From Macrostomum hystrix (Eukaryota; Animalia; Platyhelminthes), in the NCBI GenBank assembly GCA_950097015.1, contig CATNEN010000038.1, positions 19,034,001-19,098,000 of the forward strand: a stretch of DNA of 64,000 nucleotides, given 5' to 3'. A program made the position numbers and the translations under genes. Of this stretch, positions 52,101-60,090 are shown in pieces. The first letter of the stretch is position 1, and every line of letters starts with the position of its first letter. A model generated the notes under the pieces. That model had not been told where the DNA came from, ran no database searches, and saw nothing but the letters and a program-made list of their open reading frames with translations.

Positions 52101-54959
52101 CATTACTTTAACTACCGTTTTAAAAAAAAGTTTACACAATTTATTTTTTAGTAAAACTCTTCAACTGACTACCTGTGTTCATAACATCATTTACATATTT
52201 AAATAAATAAAAATTTACTTTACTGCAAATAAAACAATTTTTGTACATAACATAACTCGATGTCAGACAAATGCCTCGTTAAAATTCATGTTTTTGGCCT
52301 GCTAGAATTGTAGCGAACCCTGTCATTCTCGTCATCTATTGTCATCATTATCGAGTTAACAAAGTTACCAACAAAAAGCAATTTGTTTTTTGCCAATGTT
52401 TTTTTGGCAAAAAACAATTTGCCAACAAAAAGCGACTGAAAAAATACTCTGAATCACACGAGGGACCAAGTATCATCCAACTTCATAGGTAATTTTCCAC
52501 TTTCTTGCACCCATGTATCTTCTTAAATATAGTAAATAAATGTACTTCAGTATATCATCTCGCAATCAGACAAATGCCTCGTTAAAATTCATGCCCAGGT
52601 TAGTTTTGTTTCACGAAAACTAAATCAAGGTCATTCTCGTCATCTATTTTGTCATCATCATCGAGATATCATAAGGAAGTGGAACTAATAAAGTTATAAA
52701 TCTATAAGCCAGAGTTAACATCCGCCAGCAGCTAAGCAAGCATTGATGTGCTGCAGCGGTGTGCTATAGCCAGCTTGAGCATTGCCATGCCCTTAATCTA
52801 GCACCAGTATTAAACTTGACCAGACTCTATCACGAAGTTCTGCGAGAGTACTTCATTGGATGGGTCCTTTGGTCAAGGGATCAAACATGGTGCGAGATTC
52901 CTAACCTTGAATTGTATTTTAGAGCTATTCATAATTAAAAAGTTTTCATAATATACTGTAGTTATTCTTTTTTTTTTATCATGGTATTTAAGGAATTGGA
53001 CCGTGCTGTTTAATAGTTTAATAGTTTAATAATACACGAAAAATGAACTTCCTTTATGTTTATGTTTATGTTTATCCTTTATGAACACAAAACGAAGACC
53101 ATAGATTAAAAGTTTTTAAGACATGTCTAGTTTCACTTTTAACAAAGACGTCTTTTATCACAAAATTTCAGACAAATGCCTCATAAAGATCAGTTTAGTA
53201 TGGAAATTGCAATATGATTGTCCAAATCAGATCGTCATCTAAAGTTGTCATCATTTAATTTAGTGACAAAAGACAATATTACTTAGCAACAAGTTTTAAA
53301 TACGGCTTGCAATCCCTGGCGCGGCCAGGAACGATCAACCCGCTATGTCGACCGTCTTTTTAAAGACGCGCCAGCACCCAGCCAGGCGGCCGGTGTGAAG
53401 CGTGTTAGACACCTGGCTCTGAAACGCGCGATTTGACACTCCCCCTCTTGGCCATTACGGCTTGGGGCGTAACTATTATTATCACAACTTATTAAAAACG
53501 ACTCGATGTCAGACAAATGCCTCATTACAATTCATGGTTTAAACCCACTAGATAATTAGAGAGTTCAGTTCATTCTCGTCATCTATTTTGTCATCATTAT
53601 CGAGTTTTTATTGAATAATTTGTCCTTGGGCAAAACTATATAACTTTGTATTGTCTTTTTATGCAGCGATAAAATGGGTACCAGCGATTACCCAGTTCAT
53701 GGAAAGAACAGCTGAACGAAGCTTTCTAGAGTCAATCAATTTCGTAATAATTAAGCTTACAAGGAGAGAAAATCATGTATGTTTCGTTGAAACTCACAGG
53801 TAAATCCAACCCCCAAAAAACCACTTAATTTCAGTAATCATACAAAATAGTTGTCTGTCTTTGTCCAGGATAAATCAGACAAATGCGCTATAACGATCAC
53901 TCCTAATATAGATATGTGGGATAAAATTATCAATTACTTGCATTCAGACAATTGCATGAAATATAAAATTTCAGATCTTTAACAAGACATTTAATAATAT
54001 ACAAACGCCAGGGCGCCTTGTTGAAATTCATACTAAGGACAAGCTTTACTCTTAGCAAGTAATGCCAGTCATTCTCGTCATCCTTTTGTTATCATTGTCG
54101 AGACACTATGATATAAAAAATAATTATTTATGGGATAATATTATGTTAGAAATAGATACTGCACTAGAAAGGAGTAAGATTGTAAATGCATTCTATGCAA
54201 TAAGAGTTTACCTCACAAACAGATTTTAAGTAACCGATTTTCTGAATGGCCGCTCCATTTGTTTCAGGCTAATATAAGAAACAACTAAACTATTGAAAGT
54301 GACATTCAATATTTTGCACTACATGTTAACTGTATGAAAAATATGGTAGATATCAGTTTTTGAACACGATTCGGCAGCACAATTATAGGATTGCTATTAA
54401 GACAAATGCCTCATTAAAGATCTTGACATATCTTGACAGATCTTGACAAAGATCGTGACATAAAATAGTCACGAAAAATATTCAATGTCTTTATCAGTTC
54501 GTCATCTAAATTTGTCATCATAATATCATGCTCCTATGGTACATATTCAAGCATACTTTTAAGGCTTAGTGGCGTCACTTTCTAAACAATTAGCAAAATT
54601 TACAATTCTGTTTTCCGCTACAACTTTTTGTTGTAAAAATTGTCAAAACTGAATTTGAAAATCTATCCTTTACTTTTTCCGTCATCCTTCGTGTTCTTAT
54701 ATCAACTACTCAGGATCTTAAGCTAGGTTGATAAATAACATTTTAAAATATATAATTATAAAAGAGTCACAGAAACTAACCCCTCAACTGGATCATTGCT
54801 GCACACTGAGAGAAACTCCTGACCAGATTGTAGCCTATAAAGCTTTCGCCGCATCAGTTGTCGAGTTGTATCAGTCACTGGTGGCACATTGCTGCTACCC
54901 ATATGCAGGGCTAGTTCTTCGCGTAGTTCAACATCTGTCAACTGATTGATTTCATCCAT
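43189..54959 (-). CDS. LEM-domain inner nuclear membrane protein (emerin/LAP2beta/Otefin-like), 216 aa; snoRNA host gene
   Basis: Phase-2 GT-AG exons 54959-54781, 45241-45194, 43612-43189. N-terminal LEM domain MDEINQLTDVELREELALHMGSSNVPPVTDTTRQLMRRKLYRL, low-complexity middle, C-terminal TM (LVTCGLVLALLGVAVFLLL) and short tail (YENPVPEITH). An acceptor at ~54979 implies a further upstream non-coding exon. Confidence 0.85.
43797..44975. repeat. ~37-bp minisatellite (ctactctttcccccagttcttcagggaaccaaag)
   Basis: About 31 units; explains ORFs 43769-45184 and 44328-44981. Confidence 0.95.
45021..45110 (-). ncRNA. C/D snoRNA copy 1 (type A)
   Basis: C GTGATGA, D' ATGA, D CTGA, both guides, perfect 8-bp terminal stem ACTCGATA/TATCGAGT. 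Confidence 0.88.
45289..45363 (-). ncRNA. C/D snoRNA copy 2 (D' guide lost)
   Basis: C and D boxes and D guide present; the AGATGACGA guide is absent. Confidence 0.6.
45505..45745 (-). mobile_element. SINE family 1 (degenerate)
   Basis: GATTCGAACTC head and CAGTCCATGGACAG motif, as in 1408-1683. Confidence 0.65.
45874..45967 (-). ncRNA. C/D snoRNA copy 3 (type A)
   Basis: C/D'/D boxes and both guides intact. Confidence 0.85.
46006..46198 (-). ncRNA. Candidate ~190-nt three-hairpin H/ACA-like RNA, copy 1 of 5
   Basis: 5' hairpin GCACCA/TGGTGC and CTTGACCA/TGGTCAAG; H-box-like AGATTA; small hairpin; 3' hairpin AAGCTGG/CTGGCTT, TAGCA/TGTTA, CCGCTGCAGC/GCTGCTGGCGG. G-U pairs favour the - strand. 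No exact ACA box. Confidence 0.45.
46539..46624 (-). ncRNA. C/D snoRNA copy 4 (type B, D'=CTGA)
   Basis: Both guides, internal TAGACAC/GTGTCTA stem, external stem CTATCGTCTT/AAGACGATAG. Confidence 0.85.
46835..46920 (-). ncRNA. C/D snoRNA copy 5 (type A)
   Basis: Boxes and guides intact; terminal stem TAACTCGAT/ATCGAGTTA. Confidence 0.88.
47138..47230 (-). ncRNA. C/D snoRNA copy 6 (type A)
   Basis: Boxes and guides intact. Confidence 0.85.
47273..47465 (-). ncRNA. Candidate H/ACA-like RNA, copy 2
   Basis: Near-identical to 46006-46198; ATA follows the 3' hairpin. Confidence 0.45.
47498..50111 (+). mobile_element. Crypton-like tyrosine-recombinase transposon (decayed)
   Basis: Bounded by ATGGTG direct repeats (47498-47503, 50106-50111). 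The paralogous empty site at ~57619 has a single ATGGTG. Motif CCAATYGATTTCCC occurs at 47753 and 50086 and inverted at 47798. Encodes a YR/DUF3504-like ORF. Confidence 0.75.
48232..49769 (+). pseudogene. Tyrosine recombinase (Crypton/DUF3504-like) pseudogene with one intron
   Basis: YYYYQLRRHDGGTYLPASLVCIRAGIQRFL and GERGREHL motifs, then TAG TAG at 49261-49266 and a frameshift at ~49311. Correcting it restores KAKLSKEYTNHSIR|GT-intron-AG|VTRVCDLESAGHSMNDIMAIMGQKSESTVRRF, in which the expected His and Tyr appear as Q and F. Confidence 0.75.
50167..50248 (-). ncRNA. C/D snoRNA copy 7 (type B)
   Basis: Boxes and guides intact; long external stem. Confidence 0.85.
50394..50482 (-). ncRNA. C/D snoRNA copy 8 (type A)
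   Basis: Boxes, guides and CTCGA/TCGAG stem. Confidence 0.87.
50869..50957 (-). pseudogene. C/D snoRNA copy 9 (type B, both guides mutated)
   Basis: C and D boxes present; guides are AAGGCATATG and AGATGAAAA. Confidence 0.55.
51059..51140 (-). pseudogene. C/D snoRNA copy 10 (D box mutated, C box lost)
   Basis: Paralogue of 58512-58598; D reads GTGA and the 5' end is replaced. Confidence 0.6.
51301..51394 (-). ncRNA. C/D snoRNA copy 11 (type A)
   Basis: Near-identical to copy 3. Confidence 0.85.
51433..51626 (-). ncRNA. Candidate H/ACA-like RNA, copy 3
   Basis: Homologue of 46006-46198; H-box-like AAATTA. Confidence 0.4.
51969..52054 (-). ncRNA. C/D snoRNA copy 12 (type B)
   Basis: Matches copy 4. 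Confidence 0.85.
52263..52348 (-). ncRNA. C/D snoRNA copy 13 (type A)
   Basis: Matches copy 5. Confidence 0.87.
52566..52658 (-). ncRNA. C/D snoRNA copy 14 (type A)
   Basis: Matches copy 6. Confidence 0.85.
52701..52893 (-). ncRNA. Candidate H/ACA-like RNA, copy 4
   Basis: Homologue of 46006-46198; AGATTA H-like box; ATA after the 3' hairpin. Confidence 0.45.
53168..53254 (-). ncRNA. C/D snoRNA copy 15 (type B)
   Basis: Boxes and guides intact; unique internal sequence; external stem GTCTTTT..TCAC / GTGA..AAAAGAC. Confidence 0.85.
53509..53597 (-). ncRNA. C/D snoRNA copy 16 (type A)
   Basis: Boxes, guides and ACTCGAT/ATCGAGT stem. Confidence 0.87.
53875..54100 (-). pseudogene. Two decayed C/D snoRNA copies (17, 18)
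   Basis: TCAGACAAATGC remnant at 53875; TCATTCTCGTCATC guide with mutated C box at ~54069-54095. Confidence 0.5.
54398..54521 (-). pseudogene. C/D snoRNA copy 19 (type B, D box mutated to CTTA, expanded loop)
   Basis: Both guides and C box present; internal GATCTTGACA triplication. Confidence 0.6.
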
Positions 54960-55374
54960 ATCACTGGTTGCTAAGGAGCTGAAAACCAAAAATAACTTTA
55001 TGATATCAAATTTTACTAAAATTGCAAATTTACTTTCAGGTATTGTCTGTAATTACAGTAAATCTAAATCCAAGCAAAATGATAAAGCAGTCAAACAAGG
55101 ATTTACAAAAAATGCACAATGCAATAAATTTAATGACAATAAAAAGCCCTATTATTAAAATAATAAATTATTATCCTACTATACTATGGCTTGAGTTTAT
55201 ACTATGTCTTGACTATACTAAATGTTGTGGCGCTCTACCGTTTAGAACCATTTGACGAAATTTTATCGTTTTTTCAACAAAAAGTGCCAAATGATCCAAG
55301 GATTAGACTGATCCAATTTTATCATTCTGTCTCAATGCTAAGGGAATTAAATCTAATAATGTGAAAAAAAATTA

Positions 55375-56150
55375 AGCATGCATCAATAATATCAAGGTGG
55401 AAGCATGAATTATCGATTGTAAAACATGACTTATCGAGAGGGTAGCATGAATTATCAAGGGCGAAGCATGAGTTATCGATGGGGAGCATGAATTATCGAT
55501 TGTAAAACATGACTTATCGAGAGGGTAGCATGAATTATCAAGGGCGAAGCATGAGTTATCGATGGGAAGCATGAATTATCGACAAACTTGCATGATTTAT
55601 CGGCGGGAGGGTTGAATAAATTATATAGAGGGGTAGCATGTATTAACGAGGGGAAGCATGAATTAACGTGGTAAATGTATGAATTATCAACGGGGTAGCC
55701 TTAATTATCGTGATAAAAGCATAAATTAAATGGGTAGCATAAATTATTAAGCGGGCAGCAAGATTTGTACAGTGATAGCATGATATAACAAAGTGGTAGC
55801 ATGAATTATTGAGGGGATAGCATAGATTATCGAAGAGAAAGCATGAAATATCGACGATGTGCCGATTCGATAATTATTAAAGAAAAAACAATTATTATCA
55901 ATTAAGAAGCATGAATTATCGAGGGAAAAGAGTTAAATATCGAGGAGCTAGGATGAATTATTGAGGGGGAAGCCTGAATTATCGAGGTGGAAGCATAACT
56001 TATTATGGGGGTAGAATGATTTATCAACTGGCTTGCATAAATTATCTAGGGGATAGCATTATTTATCAAAAGGGTTAAAGTGTATTATCGAAAGGGTTGC
56101 ATTATTTACCGAGGGGTCCCATGGCTTATCGAGTGGCAGCATGATATACT
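55375..56150. repeat. Degenerate ~21-bp tandem repeat (agcatgaattatcgaggggg); related tract at ~57120-57420
   Basis: Recurring GCATGAATTATC. Confidence 0.8.
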
Positions 56151-57677
56151 GAGTAATCTTCTATCATTAACGGTTAAAAGCATAAGTTCAAGTTTTTTAT
56201 CATTCTTTTTTTAGATTTTTTGGGTACAACTAACTGTTATTGGTAAGAGCTATTGATTGACTGTCAAAGCAAATAGCTACTTAGATCTTTTGCTTTATTG
56301 CTCTTCTCGCTCTGAGGAAAAAAATTGAGTGCAGCAGCAAGTTTAATTCGATACAAAACTGAGTAAAGAATTTTTTAGCATTTCTGTCTGCATTTTTAGA
56401 TTCGAAAATATAAGAAAAGACTTTGAGTATATAAGAAAAGCTATTAGCATAGTTCATTTTAAATTGTAACTTCTTTAAGCATTATTGCAAGCAGTATTCA
56501 ATAGGATTAAAAAATGAAGATATAAAAAAGTTATATATACAACAATTTTTCAGAACAGCTGCAAGTGTAATTAGATTCAGAACTAGAAAAAAATTGTTGA
56601 GCATAGCTAAACTCGGTATTATTTTTTATTTCAACTTTTCTTCAAACATTTCTTTAAGCAGTTTTGATTAAAAAATTAATGAAACTGTTCGAGCATACCT
56701 AACTGTTAGCATTCTTTTATTATTAAAACAAAAGAAAATTGTTTCGAGTGTAGCTGTAATCATTATTAGATTCAAAACTAAGGCAAATATTTTAATGCTG
56801 GCTAATAGCATTACTCTAAAAAAGCTTAGGGGTTTTTCATGTAGGGAAGCAATCACAGTTTTTATGCATTTTGAAAGCATAATAAAATAATTCGAATGAG
56901 AACATGAAACTTAGGAATATAGTGCTAGATTTCAATGGACAGCAGCATGGTATATCAAATAATTAGCATGTAATTTGTGGAGAAAAGCATTTGATACGCA
57001 GTGAATATCTTGATTTCTTGAAAGGATTGCATAAGAATTCCAGGAGAAAGAATGAGATTTTTAGGCAATTGCATAATGGTTTCAGGGAATTTTTTAAGAC
57101 TATAGACTGACTTTTTAAATAGGGTAGCTTGATTTATCAAAGGGGTAGCCTGAATTATTAAGGAGAAAGCATAAATTGTCATGGGGAAGCATGAAATGAT
57201 GAGGGAAAATAATGAAGAATAAAATCAGGAAGAAAGCATGACATATCAAGGGGAGCATGAACTATCAAGGGGGAAGCATAAACTATTGTTATGAAAACAT
57301 GACTTATTAAGAGTGTAGCATGAATTATTGAGGAGGTGGCATGATTTATCGAGGTATAGCCCTGGTTTTGGGGATAGCATAATTTACTAAGGGGTAGAAT
57401 AAGTTATTGAAGGGGAAACACGATTTCTTGCTTAAAACATGAGGGAGAAATACTATTATTACACAGCCTATTGATGTCTACAACAAACAAAAATATTATT
57501 CTTTACTGAAGGCTCTTATAACTGAGAAATGGTACAGTTTACTCATATAACAATACTTGCATAGGCGAACAGCTCAAGCTCTATTCCTATACAGTGCTTG
57601 CTCTATTGGCTCTACTACATGGTGATAGTATTTGAAAGAACTAATGCACAAGATTTAGTCTTTGGTCATAATTACTT

Positions 57678-57759
57678 TCAGACAAATGCCTCATACAGAT
57701 CAGCTTAGAAAAGACACTTCAATGTGTCTAAATCAGATCGTCATCTTAATTGTCATCAT
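57678..57759 (-). ncRNA. C/D snoRNA copy 20 (type B)
   Basis: Matches copy 7. Confidence 0.85.
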
Positions 57760-57905
57760 TTCAATTAATTATTGACGCAAAGACGCTAGCCGTTTTGTAC
57801 AATATTATCAACTTATGAGCTAAAAGCTGACTTTTTATGAAAGCCCTAAAATTTATAATTGGCAAATAAAGATGTCGCTGAGCTTATACACAAAATAACT
57901 CAACT

Positions 57906-57994
57906 TCAGACAAATGCCTTGATAAAATTCATTCCAACGCCAAGCCAGATAAAATAGCAAGCCAGGTCATTCTCGTCATCTATTTGGTCATCAT
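57906..57994 (-). ncRNA. C/D snoRNA copy 21 (type A)
   Basis: Paralogue of copy 8; boxes intact. Confidence 0.8.
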
Positions 57995-58338
57995 TATCGA
58001 GATTCTATAAAAGTACACTGATCAAATATTTAGGTGGAATTAGTGGAATGCTCTAGTGGAATTAGGTATCTCTAAATGATAAGAAGCTTAATAAGATAAT
58101 TATCATTGATCTTCTTAAAAGCAGATTTTGTCATTGATGAAAAAGTTATATAAATGTCAAAATAAAATTAGTATCCAAATCTGACTAACAGAAAACTGAA
58201 ATACATTCATTTTTTCTTAGTCATTCTGGTCATAGATTGAATATAGTCTTTGATTTTTTATAATAACTAGTCATAGACTCGTAGTTTACTAAAACAAGAA
58301 ATAATGAAAATAACTTAAACACATATCAAATGGAAGAG

Positions 58339-58419
58339 TCAGACAAATGCCTTACTAACCTCATATTAGTGTAGGCACATTAATATCCATATCAAATTCA
58401 GATACAGAATTATCATCAT
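58339..58419 (-). ncRNA. C/D snoRNA copy 22 (D' guide lost)
   Basis: C, D' and D boxes and the AGGCATTTG guide are present. Confidence 0.55.
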
Positions 58420-58511
58420 TTGATTAAGACATAATATCAAAAATGGGGTCAGTTTTATTTAACTAGAAGTATGTTTGTATGATATAAAGAAAAAACAAGC
58501 TTACCTTGACT

Positions 58512-58598
58512 TCAGACAAATGCCTTGTTAAATTTCATTTGTAACACCTGCTAGATTGTTAGCAAGAGTAGATCATTCTCGTCATCTATTGTCATCAT
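58512..58598 (-). ncRNA. C/D snoRNA copy 23 (type A)
   Basis: Boxes and guides present. Confidence 0.8.
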
Positions 58599-58635
58599 CA
58601 GCGAGATCTCATATAAAACTACTGAAAATATCTGC

Positions 58636-58797
58636 AGATGAAAGCCAGAATTAACGGCCGCTAGCAGCTAAGCAAGCATCTGCATTGCTGTTCCCTTGAT
58701 CTAGCACAAGAATTCAACTTGACCAGACTCTATCACACAGTTCTATGAGAGTGCTTCATTGGATGGGTCATTTGGCTGAGGGATCAAATCTGTTGTG
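58636..58797 (-). ncRNA. Candidate H/ACA-like RNA, copy 5 (internal deletion)
   Basis: Basal stem changed to CACAA/TTGTG (pairing retained); H-like AGATCA; 3' hairpin partly deleted. Confidence 0.35.
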
Positions 58798-59142
58798 AGA
58801 TTATTTATTATAAAAGTTCTTTGATTACCTAAATTCTAGGCCTTAGAAACTATCTTATGACAGTTTAGGGCTTTCAATAAAAATGATTTCATGCTCATTG
58901 AAAGTAAAAGTATGAAATGTGAATGAGAGACGTGTTTTTTATTTAATTAGGAATGGATATAACTGATCTTCCTATAAGGTATTTTTTCACTTTTGAGAGG
59001 ACCTTGTTCTTCTTCTTCTTAATATACTAAAAATGAAAATTTATTGCTAAAACTATATTTGCATACAAAAAGTAAAGTTGAGGGGATTTATTCATGTGAA
59101 TGCACTGAGAACTCACTACTATCGTCTTCAACAACAAGCCTC

Positions 59143-59228
59143 TCAGACAAATGCCTCATTAAAAGTCATTATAGTATAGACACTAATATTTGTGTCTAAA
59201 TCAGATCGTCATCTAAAATTGTCATCAT
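59143..59228 (-). ncRNA. C/D snoRNA copy 24 (type B)
   Basis: Matches copies 4 and 12. Confidence 0.85.
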
Positions 59229-59441
59229 ATGGGCAAGCAGTGCAAAGATGATAGCAGCTGAAATTCTAGAAAATCATTACTTTAACTACCATTTTAGAAC
59301 AAAAAGTTTACATAATAATGTATTTTTTAGTAAAAATCTTAAACTGACAACCTGTGTTCATAACATCATTTACATATTTAAATAAAGAAAATTTTACTTT
59401 ACTGTGAAAAAAAAATTTTTTGTACATAACATAACTCAATG

Positions 59442-59527
59442 TCAGACAAATGCCTCATTAAAATTCATGTGTTTGGCCTGCTAGAATTGTAGCGAACCCT
59501 GTCATTCACGTCATCTATTGTCATCAT
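59442..59527 (-). ncRNA. C/D snoRNA copy 25 (type A)
   Basis: Paralogue of copies 5 and 13; one substitution in the D' guide. Confidence 0.8.
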
Positions 59528-59710
59528 TATCGAGTTAACAAAGTTACCAAGTTCACATTTGCCAACAAAAAGTGACTGTTAAGTAAGAATACTCTGAATC
59601 ACACGAGGGACCAAGTATCATCCAACTTCATAGGTAATTTTCTACTTTCTTGTACCCATGTATCTTCTAAAATATAGTAAATAAATGAACTACAGTATAT
59701 AATCTCGCAA

Positions 59711-59803
59711 TCAGACAAATGCCTCGTTTAATTTCATGCCCAGGTTAGTTTTGTTTCACAAAAACTAAATCAAGGTCATTCTCGTCATCTATTTTGTCAT
59801 CAT
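59711..59803 (-). ncRNA. C/D snoRNA copy 26 (type A)
   Basis: Paralogue of copies 6 and 14. Confidence 0.85.
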
Positions 59804-59834
59804 CATCGAGATATCATAAGGAAGTGGAACTAAT

Positions 59835-60090
59835 GAATGTGTTTAACAGATTTCTAAATGTGTGTAACAGTTTTATAAATCTTTTTAATATTTTTCTGAA
59901 TGTGTTTAAAAGGTTTCAAAAAGGTTTTAATAGTTTTCTAAATGTGTTGAACAGTTTTCTAAATTTGTTTAACAGCTTTCTAAATGTGTCTATTAATTGC
60001 TTTTTTTAAATGCATCTAAAACTTTAAAATATGTTGAACAGTTAATATTGCAGTCTAATAGTTTTCAAAGGAGTCTAACAGTTTTCCAAT
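59835..60090. repeat. Degenerate 21-bp AT-rich tandem repeat (aaatgtgtttaacagttttct)
   Basis: Tandem units. Confidence 0.75.

Larger units (their letters stand above)
45013..59810 (-). ncRNA. Intronic array of ~26 box C/D snoRNA genes (U15/SNORD15-like, LSU rRNA guides)
   Basis: Each unit on the - strand reads RTGATGA (C) - CAA.. - TAGATGACGA(G) guide - D' - variable stem-loop - C' - (AC)GAGGCATTTG guide - T - CTGA (D), usually with terminal or external stems. Both guides are complementary to LSU rRNA CCAAAUGCCUCGUCAUCUAA. Confidence 0.9.

Noticed and set aside
45021-59803. Dispersed 28S rDNA fragments or R2 target-site remnants
   Set aside because: Only 10-12-nt matches, split in two and embedded between snoRNA boxes; no further rDNA sequence.
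45013-59810. CRISPR-like or integron-like cassette array (conserved flanks, variable interiors, adjacent tyrosine recombinase)
   Set aside because: The conserved parts are exactly C, D' and D boxes plus rRNA-complementary guides. Spacing is irregular (200-3000 bp), there are no cas genes, and the recombinase is a decayed transposon inserted secondarily (an empty paralogous site is present).
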